DNA of 58,072 nucleotides from positions 1 through 58,072 of the forward strand of contig CACFFJ010000005.1 of the NCBI GenBank assembly GCA_902565645.1, read 5' to 3'. The notes under the pieces are model-generated. The model saw only the letters and a list, made by a program, of their open reading frames with translations. It was not told the origin of the DNA and made no database searches. This document shows, one piece after another, positions 49,727 through 58,072 of the stretch (the first letter of the stretch is position 1; each line of letters starts with the position of its first letter). The translations under genes were made by a program, and so were the position numbers. Origin of the DNA: an uncultured Candidatus Actinomarina sp. (GTDB taxonomy: Bacteria; Actinomycetota; Acidimicrobiia; Actinomarinales; Actinomarinaceae).

Positions 49727-50911
49727 ATGGATATTTCTAAATTAAATAGTTTAATAACGCCTTCTGGAACTATGGCTATATCAAATAAGGCCAAAGAACT
49801 TAAAGAAGAAGGTAAACCTGTCATTGGTTTTGGTGCAGGAGAGCCTGATTTCAGTACGCCTAGTTATGTTATTGAAGATGTAAAAAAAGCCGCAGAGGAT
49901 CCAAAAAATCATAAATATACAGCAGTAGCTGGTTTAGAAATTTTAAGAAACGAAATATCTAGAACAACAAGCATTTATTCAAATTTCGATTCAGATCCTA
50001 ATAATATAGTTATTACAAATGGTGGTAAACAAGCAATATTTAATTCACTTATAGCTATTTTAGATCCTGGTGATGAGGTTTTGATTCCTACACCTTACTG
50101 GACTACTTATCCAGAAGCAGTCAAGATTTCAGGAGGTGTCCCAAATTTTGTAGAAACTAATTATCAAGATAATTTTAAAGTTTCAGTTGAACAATTAGAG
50201 GAAAATAGAACAGATAAAACAAAAGCTTTGGTATGGGTCTCTCCGTCTAATCCGACCGGTATTGTTTACTCAAAGGAAGAAGCCGAAAAAATCTATGAAT
50301 GGGCTTTTAAGAATAACCTTTGGATTATTTCTGACGAGCTTTACGAGCACCTAGTCTATGAAGGAGAAACTTCTCCTTCGCCTGCTATTTATGATCCACA
50401 ATTTAAAAATACAATTGTTGTAAATGGTGTTGCAAAATCATATGCAATGACCGGATGGAGAGTAGGTTGGATTATAGGCAACTCTGATGTAATAAATATG
50501 TCAAAGAAGATCCAATCACATGCTACTTCTAATGTTGCAAATTTATCTCAAATTGCTGCACTTTCAGCTTTAAAAAATGGTTTAAACGAAACAAATAAAA
50601 TGAAAGAAGCATTTAACAAAAGAAGGCTCTATGCATTAAATGCTTTTAAAAATATAAAAAACATCAATCTTGTTGAACCAACTGGTGCTTTTTATCTTTT
50701 CCCAGATATAAGTTATTACTGTGATGGAAAAATCAAAAATGTTTCTAATTCAATAGAATTTTGCAACTGGTTACTTGACGAACACTATGTAGCATTTGTG
50801 CCTGGTGAGGTCTTTGGAGTTAATGGGTATCTTAGGTGCTCATATGCTTTAAGCGATGATGATTTGGCTGAAGGTTTAAAAAGATTCTCTGATGCTTTGA
50901 ATAATTTATAA
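49727..50911 (+). CDS. class I/II PLP aminotransferase (aspartate aminotransferase-like)
   Basis: GAGEPDF, NGGKQA, SPSNPTG, SDELY, AKSYAMTGWRVG. Confidence 0.92.
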   Translation: MDISKLNSLITPSGTMAISNKAKELKEEGKPVIGFGAGEPDFSTPSYVIEDVKKAAEDPKNHKYTAVAGLEILRNEISRTTSIYSNFDSDPNNIVITNGGKQAIFNSLIAILDPGDEVLIPTPYWTTYPEAVKISGGVPNFVETNYQDNFKVSVEQLEENRTDKTKALVWVSPSNPTGIVYSKEEAEKIYEWAFKNNLWIISDELYEHLVYEGETSPSPAIYDPQFKNTIVVNGVAKSYAMTGWRVGWIIGNSDVINMSKKIQSHATSNVANLSQIAALSALKNGLNETNKMKEAFNKRRLYALNAFKNIKNINLVEPTGAFYLFPDISYYCDGKIKNVSNSIEFCNWLLDEHYVAFVPGEVFGVNGYLRCSYALSDDDLAEGLKRFSDALNNL

Positions 50912-52128
50912 TGAATAATGTAAAAAGAAGTAGCTTATTTTCTTGGCTTCTTTTCGATTTAGCAAATACAGTTTATGCATTTGTAATCCCAGGATTATAT
51001 TTTTCTGTTTGGCTAGTAAGCGAGCAAGGATGGACAGACCAAGCATTAGGTTTTGCAACATCAGGTGCAATGGTAATTGTTGCACTTACTGGACCTTGGG
51101 TGGGTGCTAGATCTGATGGTTCCCAAGGTAAAAAACCTCTTTTATTTATAACAACAATCGCATGTATAGTGTCAACTTTTTTACTTGGAACATTTAATGT
51201 AAGTACTTCAGTAATTTTATTTATTATTTCATTAATAGGCTTCAATCTTGGATCTGTAGTCTACGATGCTTTACTGGTTTCAGTAAGTAACGAAAATAAC
51301 CGTGGAAAAATTTCTGGCATGGGTGTTGCTTTTGGATATGTTGGATCGTTAATAGGTTTCGGTGTAGCAACATTTCTTCAAAATATTGGTTATAGCTATG
51401 TTGAAATTTTCAGATCTGTAGCAGTACTATTTATGATTTTTTCAATACCTGCATTTATATTTATTGATGAAAAAAAAGTTTCTGAAAATAAATCAAAAAT
51501 TAAACTTTCAGATTCAATAACAATAGTTATAAAATCATGGAAACATTCAAGAAAATATGATGGCCTAACAAGGTTTCTAATTGGTAGATTTTTTTATGCC
51601 GATGCAATTAACACTCTAATCGGAGGACTTCTAGCTGTTTATTTAGTTGAAGAAGCTGGATTAACTCCTGAAGATAGTCAAGGAATACTTGCAATAGCTA
51701 TTGTTGTTTCAATTATAGGTGGATATGTTTTTGGTAGAGCTGGGGATAAATATGGACCAAGACTATGTACTCTTGCAAGTTTAATTTGCTGGATGATATC
51801 TTTAACACTCGCAATTATTGCTACAGAATTTAATCAGATTTGGCTGATATATGTAACAGGAGTTATCGGTGGATTTAATATTGGTGGAATATTTGCAGTA
51901 GATAGATTGTTTATGACAAGACTTAGCCCGGAAAAGCATTTAGGAGAATTTTATGGTTTGTACTCAACGGTTGGAAGATTTGCAACAATTATTGGTCCTT
52001 TACTCTGGGGATTTATTGTTAACACACTGGGACTTGGAAGAAACCCTGCTATGTTTTCATTAATAATTCTTCTTATAATTTCATTTTTTATTATTAAAGG
52101 TGTTTCGGATAATCAATATAGGAATTAG
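50911..52128 (+). CDS. MFS transporter (Atg22/UMF1-like)
   Basis: SWLLFDLANT, YDALL, GKISG.G..GYVG, GEFYGLY; about 12 TM. Confidence 0.87.
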   Translation: MNNVKRSSLFSWLLFDLANTVYAFVIPGLYFSVWLVSEQGWTDQALGFATSGAMVIVALTGPWVGARSDGSQGKKPLLFITTIACIVSTFLLGTFNVSTSVILFIISLIGFNLGSVVYDALLVSVSNENNRGKISGMGVAFGYVGSLIGFGVATFLQNIGYSYVEIFRSVAVLFMIFSIPAFIFIDEKKVSENKSKIKLSDSITIVIKSWKHSRKYDGLTRFLIGRFFYADAINTLIGGLLAVYLVEEAGLTPEDSQGILAIAIVVSIIGGYVFGRAGDKYGPRLCTLASLICWMISLTLAIIATEFNQIWLIYVTGVIGGFNIGGIFAVDRLFMTRLSPEKHLGEFYGLYSTVGRFATIIGPLLWGFIVNTLGLGRNPAMFSLIILLIISFFIIKGVSDNQYRN

Positions 52129-52135
52129 CTAGTAT

Positions 52136-52480
52136 CTAAAAAAAGAAGAACCGCTTTTTTTTCTTTGAAGCCTCAAGTTCTTCTCTAGTGTTCTTTAATT
52201 TTTCTCTCAAAAACTCTGCTTCTGCTTCAGCTTTAGCTGCACGTTCCCTAGATTCTGCCATTAGTTGATTTGCTTCATGTATATTGCCAAGTTGATTTAA
52301 TACATTCTGCCAAGCTTCTAGGGGTACGATTAAATTATCCCCAGATGTTTTTTGAACAGAATCTTCTTCTGACTCTTCTGTAGTTTCAGATTGTATTTTA
52401 TCTTTTTTGATTTCTTTTTCAGTAGTTTCGTTTGAAAAGAAGCCGTACTTTTTTGCCATTCTTTCTTCGTAATTGCTCAA
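52136..52480 (-). CDS. hypothetical coiled-coil protein
   Basis: VPLEAW...QLGNIHEA..LMAESRERAAKAE.E.EFLRE; TTG start overlapping the upstream gene. Confidence 0.65.
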   Translation of the reverse strand: MSNYEERMAKKYGFFSNETTEKEIKKDKIQSETTEESEEDSVQKTSGDNLIVPLEAWQNVLNQLGNIHEANQLMAESRERAAKAEAEAEFLREKLKNTREELEASKKKKRFFFF

Positions 52481-53415
52481 TCTACAAACTCCTCTTTACA
52501 CATTTCCAGTGTTTGACATTCAAAATTAAAATTCTCTTTTAATAGTTTTTCTGGAATTATTCTCATACTAGTAAGTCCTAAACTTTCTCCTAATTCCCAT
52601 CCTATTGCTATCTTCATTAAAATTGGTGGCAATGGTGGAAAAAAATATTTTTTATTCATAATTTTCGCAATAATTCTTGAAAAATCTTTTTGTTTTAATG
52701 GTTCTGGTGATACAAAATTAATAGGACCTTCAAGATTTTTATTTTCTAAGCAAAAAATATAAGCATTCACAACATCCTCTATTGAAATCCATGAAAAATA
52801 TTGATTGCCTTTCCCGATTGGACTACTGATATTCAATTTAGATACAAGAGTAAAAATATCTGTTGCTACATTTCCTTTTCCTAAAATAATACCTTTTCTC
52901 GCATTAACTACTCTAACTCCATGTTTCTTTATTTCTAATAATGGATCCTCCCAAGCTTCTTCAACTACAAGCTGCTCAAATGATCCTCTATTGTATTGAG
53001 TTTTTTCAGTTATAACTTCATCACCATGTTCACCATAAATGCCTATACCTGAAGCGGAGATGAATATTTTTGGAAATTTATCTAGATTAGCATAAGTATC
53101 TACAAATAAATCTGCTGCCCACTTTCTAGACCAGTAAATTCTTGATTTTCTTTCTTTGTTCCACCTTCCTCCAGCAAAAGGTAGGAAGCCAAAAATATCT
53201 TTTGGTGCAATTGATTCTCCTGCTAAATGAATCACAGCGTCAAGATTTTTAAATTGTTCAATATCAATCTCTTGTTTTAATGGGCTCCAATATATTTCAT
53301 CTTCATTTAATACTTCTCTCCGAACAAATTTTTTTACTTCGTATCCTGATTCAGTTAATTTCTTAGTAAGCTTTCTTCCAATAAAACCACTTGCGCCTGT
53401 TACGCCTATCTTCAT
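52477..53415 (-). CDS. TIGR01777 family NAD-dependent epimerase/dehydratase
   Basis: TGASGFIG, HLAGESI, SASGIG.YG, G.G.QYFSWI. Confidence 0.9.
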   Translation of the reverse strand: MKIGVTGASGFIGRKLTKKLTESGYEVKKFVRREVLNEDEIYWSPLKQEIDIEQFKNLDAVIHLAGESIAPKDIFGFLPFAGGRWNKERKSRIYWSRKWAADLFVDTYANLDKFPKIFISASGIGIYGEHGDEVITEKTQYNRGSFEQLVVEEAWEDPLLEIKKHGVRVVNARKGIILGKGNVATDIFTLVSKLNISSPIGKGNQYFSWISIEDVVNAYIFCLENKNLEGPINFVSPEPLKQKDFSRIIAKIMNKKYFFPPLPPILMKIAIGWELGESLGLTSMRIIPEKLLKENFNFECQTLEMCKEEFVD

Positions 53416-53714
53416 TCCTCTTCATCCTTATAGTAAAGAAAGAATTCTTCGATTTGTTTTTCATATTCACTTACGGCAGTTCCTATATTGCTTATAAAGT
53501 TAACTGTTACAACATTTGACTGTATAAATATATTATCTATCTCATTAGAAAATTGAAATAATTTTAAAGCAAGTTGTGCACTTACTTCATTTGTTAATGA
53601 AGCATGCGCAATATTGTAATAAGTTACACCATCTTGACCAGACAAGGATCTATTGAGGTCAAAAATAACATTCTTATTAAACTTAGTTATTTTCATTTCA
53701 ATTTTTTGTCCCAT
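53412..53714 (-). CDS. hypothetical protein (NifU N-terminal scaffold-like)
   Basis: FDLNRSLSGQ, LA..LF, IFIQSNVVTV resembles the Nfu_N pattern. Confidence 0.6.
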   Translation of the reverse strand: MGQKIEMKITKFNKNVIFDLNRSLSGQDGVTYYNIAHASLTNEVSAQLALKLFQFSNEIDNIFIQSNVVTVNFISNIGTAVSEYEKQIEEFFLYYKDEEE

Positions 53715-55111
53715 TAAAATTCTCCTATTTTCATAACTCTTATTAAGTTAGTAGCTGCCTCTTTGTTAGGAGGTGTTCCAGCAACAACTACAACTTTATC
53801 ATTTTTTTTATAGTTTTTATTGTTTTGAAGCCAAGAATCTGCAATTTTAAACATCTCATCAGTAGTTTCTAATCTAGTAATTTTAATCTGCTCAACACCC
53901 CAAAGAATATTCATTTGGTTATAAGTTTTATCAATACTTGTAAAAGTGAATATTGGAGCTTCAGGTCTGTAATTTGAAATAAGTAATGGAGTCCTGCCCG
54001 TTTCTGTAAATGCAATTATTGCTTTTGCATCTATTTCATTTGCAATCTGAACAGCTCCCTTCGCTATCGAAGTAGTTAGTGTATCAATTACTGATTGCTC
54101 TTTAAACTTTATTGTTGAAGTATCATTCCTTGAATCCACCTCTTTACAAATATTTCCCATAACTTCTACTACAACTTCCGGATGTTTACCAATAGCAGTT
54201 TCTGCTGATAGCATGACACAATCTGTACCTTCTAATATTGCATTTGTTATGTCAGTCACTTCAGCGCGAGTAGGTCTATGTGAATCTTTCATAGATTGAA
54301 GCATTTCTGTAGCAGTAATGGTGATCTTGCCTTTTGCATTAGCTTCATCTAATATTTGCTTCTGTACAAATGGTATTTTTTCTAATGGAAGTTGAACACC
54401 TAAATCCCCTCTTGCTACCATAACTCCATCAGACTCATCAATTATTTCACCTAAATTTTTAACAGCAGATTTTAATTCGATTTTTGCAATGATTTTTATA
54501 TTTTTGTTGATAATTTTTTTTACTTCCGTAATATCATTTGCATTCCTTACAAAGGAAACGGCAACAATATCTACATCTAATTCGTTTCCAAATTTAAGAT
54601 CTTTGAGATCTTTTTCTGTTAAAGATGATACGGATAAACTAGAGTCAGGGAATGCGACTCCTTGATTAGACCTTAGTTCTCCTCCAACCTCAATCTGTGC
54701 GTTCATTGATGATCTTGTTTTTTTAACTACTCTTAAGGTAATTTGACCATCGTCAATAAGAATCCTCTCTCCAGAATTAATATCTTTATATAAATTTTTG
54801 TAGTTTATATATAATGAATTTTCATCTGAGGTTGAATCTTTATTTGTGATTTCGATATTATTTGATGCTTTTAAAATGGTTCCGTTTTTAGCTTCACCTG
54901 TTCTTATTTTTTGACCTTGTATGTCTTGCATTATTGCAACAGATTGATCGTGTTCTCTTGCCCACTTGACTATATTTGAGTGGTCTTCATTACTTCCATG
55001 TGAAAAATTTAATCTTAATACATCAGCACCCGAATTGATTAATTTATCAATACCATCTTTTGAATTAACACTTGGCCCTACGGTCGCAATTATTTTTGTT
55101 TTTCTTGTCAT
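53714..55111 (-). CDS. pyk: pyruvate kinase
   Basis: RKTKIIATVGP, RLNFSHG, AKIE, MVARGDLG, TRAEVTD, MLSAETA. Confidence 0.97.
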   Translation of the reverse strand: MTRKTKIIATVGPSVNSKDGIDKLINSGADVLRLNFSHGSNEDHSNIVKWAREHDQSVAIMQDIQGQKIRTGEAKNGTILKASNNIEITNKDSTSDENSLYINYKNLYKDINSGERILIDDGQITLRVVKKTRSSMNAQIEVGGELRSNQGVAFPDSSLSVSSLTEKDLKDLKFGNELDVDIVAVSFVRNANDITEVKKIINKNIKIIAKIELKSAVKNLGEIIDESDGVMVARGDLGVQLPLEKIPFVQKQILDEANAKGKITITATEMLQSMKDSHRPTRAEVTDITNAILEGTDCVMLSAETAIGKHPEVVVEVMGNICKEVDSRNDTSTIKFKEQSVIDTLTTSIAKGAVQIANEIDAKAIIAFTETGRTPLLISNYRPEAPIFTFTSIDKTYNQMNILWGVEQIKITRLETTDEMFKIADSWLQNNKNYKKNDKVVVVAGTPPNKEAATNLIRVMKIGEF

Positions 55112-55154
55112 TGAAATATATAACTTAATAGCATGGTATTACGGAAATAAATAT

Positions 55155-55781
55155 ATGGATAAAAATTTTATAATAGGAATACCTGTAAGAGATTTTGAAA
55201 ACCCTATGACTAGGCTCTCTAATACTTTAAACAAGGAAGAAAGAATTGAACTTTCAAAATCTATGTTTTTAAATATTGTAAATTCTTTTGACGATGAAAA
55301 TGTTGATATTTATTGCATCACAAATAACTCTTCAGTTGTTGATTATTGTACCAAGAATAAGATTGAAACATTTAACGCAAAAAATAGTGGTTTAAATAAT
55401 GAAATAAATGAATTTATTAATTTAACAAAAGATTATTCTGCTTGGACTATTGTTCATGCAGATCTTCCATATGTAAATAGACACTATGCAAAAGTTTGGA
55501 TAGAGGAATGCTTATTAAACGAAATTATCATTAGTGAAAGTAAAGATTCAGGCACTCCAATAATAGGCGGAAACAAATTTATAAATGAATTTCAATATGG
55601 TGAAAAAAGTTTTATAAAACATATCGAATTATTCAATAAAAAAAATATAAATTATAAAAAAATTTTTAATAAAGAACTTTCTTTTGAGGTTGATGACATA
55701 AATGATTATAAAGATTTAATTAAAAATCAACCCAGATGGTTTAGGAAGAATAGTTTACTTAGCAGCCCCGACCGGATTTGA
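55155..55781 (+). CDS. cofC: CofC/FbiD-like guanylyltransferase (F420 biosynthesis)
   Basis: IPVR....TRLS..L...ER..L, GLN, HADLP, DSGT, FQYG..SF..H, EVDD..D; start ATG 55155 (54966 overlaps pyk). Confidence 0.8.
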   Translation: MDKNFIIGIPVRDFENPMTRLSNTLNKEERIELSKSMFLNIVNSFDDENVDIYCITNNSSVVDYCTKNKIETFNAKNSGLNNEINEFINLTKDYSAWTIVHADLPYVNRHYAKVWIEECLLNEIIISESKDSGTPIIGGNKFINEFQYGEKSFIKHIELFNKKNINYKKIFNKELSFEVDDINDYKDLIKNQPRWFRKNSLLSSPDRI

Positions 55782-55835
55782 ACCGGCGTTTCCGCCTTGA
55801 GAGGGCGGCGTCCTAGGCCTCTAGACGACGGGGCC
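55763..55835 (-). tRNA. tRNA-Glu (CTC)
   Basis: GGCCCCG acceptor stem, anticodon arm CCGCC-CTCTCAA-GGCGG, TTCAAAT T-loop; CCA not encoded. Confidence 0.95.
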
Positions 55836-55841
55836 AAAATG

Positions 55842-55913
55842 CTCGGGGAGAAGGATTTGAACCCTCAATAATGGGACCAGAACCCATTGTGTTGCCAATT
55901 ACACCATCCCCGA
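55842..55913 (-). tRNA. tRNA-Gln (CTG)
   Basis: TCGGGGA/TCCCCGA acceptor stem, ATGGG-TTCTGGT-CCCAT anticodon arm, TTCAAAT T-loop. Confidence 0.95.
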
Positions 55914-55919
55914 AGGTAG

Positions 55920-55992
55920 CAGCCCCGACCGGATTCGAACCGGCGTTTCTGGGTTGAAAACCCAGCGTCCTAGGCCTCTGGACGACGGGGCC
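55920..55992 (-). tRNA. tRNA-Glu (TTC)
   Basis: GGCCCCG stem, CTGGG-TTTTCAA-CCCAG anticodon arm, TTCGAAT T-loop. Confidence 0.95.
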
Positions 55993-56031
55993 GTATAAGT
56001 AATAAGAATATAGTAATTAAATTATTATTTG

Positions 56032-57342
56032 TTACAAATCTTCAATACTTTCAGCCAATCTTGCAATTGTTGTCTCTTTACCAAGAGCAAATATTGATTC
56101 GAACAATGGTGGACTTATTTTTGTTCCTGTAACGGCAACTCTTGTAATTTGGAATCCTATCTTTGGTTTAATACTTAGTTCCTCTAATTCAAATCTCATT
56201 ATCTCCTCTATATTTTTAAGTTCAAAAGATTCAGTTGAAATAAACCTTTCCCTTATTTTTTTCATATATTTTTGTCCTTCTAAAGAGTTAACATTTTTCC
56301 AGTCATTTTGGTCTATTTCAAATGGTTCATCTAACAAAAATTTAATTTGCTCATTAATATCATTCAATGTTTCTATTCTTTCTTGAACAGGTTGTACAAT
56401 TTTTTTCAATCTATCAAGTTCATCCTCAAATAATTCTCTCGAGATAGAATTTTCAATAGATTCTACAAATAATGTTTCAAAATCATCTTTTACAATTTCT
56501 CTAATATACTGTCCATTCATCCATAGAAGCTTTTTTGTATCAAAAATTGCTGGATTAGGCAGCACATCGTTTAAATCAAATTTTTCAATTGCTAAGTCTC
56601 TCTCAAATATTTCTAAATCATTTCCAGGAGACCAACCTAATAAACACATATAATTAAATAAGGCTGAAGCTAATATTCCTTTGTCTTTATACGAAGATAC
56701 CGAAGTATCACCATGTCTCTTGCTTAATTTCTTTCCATCTGGCCCGAAAAGTAAAGAAAGATGACAAAATTCAGGCAATGGAGCATCAAGGGAATTCATT
56801 AATAATATATGCTTTGGGGTTGATGATAAAATATCTTCACCTCTTGCAATTAAAGTTATCCCATAATCAATGTCATCTACTGTAGAAGCTAAATGATATG
56901 TGGGAGACTTATCAGATCTTAAAAGAACAAAGTCCTCTATATCAGATAAATCAAACTTCATAGAGCCTCTAACTTTATCATGAAATTTGATTTCTCCTTT
57001 ATCCTCGACTTTAAACCTTACAGCACCATCTTCTTCATAAGCTAATCCTTTTTCTAATAACTCTTCTGCAACTTGAGTATATCTTTCAAATCTATCTGAT
57101 TGTCTATAGGTTCCCTCTTTACCTCCAACCTCAATACCTTCATCCCAATCTATGCCAAGCCATTTTAAATTATTAATAATATTTTCTTCATACTCTGGGA
57201 GACTTCTTTCTGTATCTGTATCGTCAATTCGGACTAAAAATTGACCATCATTAGACCTAGCGTATAACCAATTAAATAGAGCTGTTCTTGCATTTCCTAT
57301 ATGTAAGTTGCCAGTTGGAGATGGTGCAATTCTAAGCTTCAT
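56032..57342 (-). CDS. gltX: glutamate--tRNA ligase
   Basis: RIAPSPTG.LHIGN, RIDDTD, YRQSDR, RGED, KLSKR; upstream of the Glu/Gln tRNAs. Confidence 0.96.
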   Translation of the reverse strand: MKLRIAPSPTGNLHIGNARTALFNWLYARSNDGQFLVRIDDTDTERSLPEYEENIINNLKWLGIDWDEGIEVGGKEGTYRQSDRFERYTQVAEELLEKGLAYEEDGAVRFKVEDKGEIKFHDKVRGSMKFDLSDIEDFVLLRSDKSPTYHLASTVDDIDYGITLIARGEDILSSTPKHILLMNSLDAPLPEFCHLSLLFGPDGKKLSKRHGDTSVSSYKDKGILASALFNYMCLLGWSPGNDLEIFERDLAIEKFDLNDVLPNPAIFDTKKLLWMNGQYIREIVKDDFETLFVESIENSISRELFEDELDRLKKIVQPVQERIETLNDINEQIKFLLDEPFEIDQNDWKNVNSLEGQKYMKKIRERFISTESFELKNIEEIMRFELEELSIKPKIGFQITRVAVTGTKISPPLFESIFALGKETTIARLAESIEDL

Positions 57343-57346
57343 TATT

Positions 57347-58072
57347 TTATTTAATATTATTTACTAATGTACCTATAGTATCAATTTCAATTCTTATTTC
57401 ATCTCCTGGTGAAACTTTACTTACACCCTCAGGTGTTCCTGTTAGCAATACATCACCCGGCAATAGAGTCATTATTGAAGTAACAAACGTTAATATTTCT
57501 CCAATACTGAAAATCATATCTCGTGTATTACCATCTTGCTTTAATTCATTATTAACATAACATTTAATATTTAGTTCTGGATTTTTATCAAATTCAGTTT
57601 GTATTACAGGTCCTAGTGGACAAAATGTATCAAAGCTCTTTGCTCTAGTAAAATTTCCATTAAATGATCCATCTTGACCTTGTAATATTCTTTCTGATAA
57701 ATCATTAGCATTAGTAAAACCAAGAACACTTTCCATCCAATTATCTTCATTAAGGTTTTTTGATAATTTTCCAATAACAATTGCTAATTCTGCTTCGTGA
57801 TCTACATGCTTACCAAGTGTTGGATAAATTATTGATTCACCTGAGCCAATTACTGAAGTTGATGGTTTAATAAAAAAAACTGGATTCTCTGGTGCATGAT
57901 AATCTAAAACTCCAAGCTCTTGTGCATGCTTTTGATAATTTTTTGCTACAGCAACAACCTTTGATGGTAATACAGGTGCTAGCATCTGTACTTCTCCCTT
58001 TTCATAAACTTCTTCTGTCTCTTCCCATACAACAAATGGAGAGCCTTCGTATCTAATTATCTTTTCATCAAC
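57347..58072 (-). CDS. fumarylacetoacetate hydrolase family protein (5' end outside the window)
   Basis: NY..HA, FFIKPST, HEAELA, RAKSFDTFCPLGP, LLPGDVLLTGTP; frame stays open to the window edge. Confidence 0.92.
   Translation of the reverse strand, partial: VDEKIIRYEGSPFVVWEETEEVYEKGEVQMLAPVLPSKVVAVAKNYQKHAQELGVLDYHAPENPVFFIKPSTSVIGSGESIIYPTLGKHVDHEAELAIVIGKLSKNLNEDNWMESVLGFTNANDLSERILQGQDGSFNGNFTRAKSFDTFCPLGPVIQTEFDKNPELNIKCYVNNELKQDGNTRDMIFSIGEILTFVTSIMTLLPGDVLLTGTPEGVSKVSPGDEIRIEIDTIGTLVNNIK

Noticed and set aside
2855-52999. Numerous 60-160 aa antisense or alternate-frame ORFs in the track (e.g. 9452-9820, 20385-20822, 37906-38388, 43944-44318)
   Set aside because: Lie within well-supported genes, with composition typical of shadow ORFs
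54966-55154. Long N-terminal extension of cofC
   Set aside because: Overlaps the pyk 5' end on the opposite strand; homology begins near ATG 55155
55763-55992. attL/attR-type duplication of a tRNA
   Set aside because: Both copies are complete tRNA-Glu isoacceptors (CTC and TTC) with different anticodon arms

Overview
Very AT-rich, extremely compact bacterial chromosome segment with about 60 CDS and a tRNA-Glu/Gln/Glu cluster. Several features point to a streamlined marine actinobacterium (Acidimicrobiia, most like Ca. Actinomarinales; this is inference): F420 genes (cofC, Ddn-type, PPOX-type), ino1, the recG-rsmD-coaD-DUF177-rpmF-plsX-rnc-smc gene order, apparently leaderless genes and abutting gene ends. 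Content: nucleoside salvage, ETF, a murF/ddl module, gabT, gdh, a fatty-acid/4-hydroxy-acid catabolic cluster, maltodextrin genes, K+/cation transport, ychF, folD, pyk and gltX. Most notable are (1) a three-gene unit at 24633-25752 (unannotated 38-aa Cys/His peptide, orphan protein, Rad52/Sak-like annealase) behind a palindrome and a good match to the actinobacterial PafBC/RecA-independent DNA-damage promoter; (2) a 4-hydroxybutyryl-CoA dehydratase (AbfD type) clustered with a LvaA/LvaC-like (ACAD10/11-type) kinase-dehydrogenase pair; (3) a short SMC with no recognisable hinge; (4) a GH13 gene missing its catalytic core; and (5) two +1 homopolymer frameshifts (punA, smc). No CRISPR array, IS element or integrase was seen. 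All calls come from motif recognition by eye; no database searches were run.
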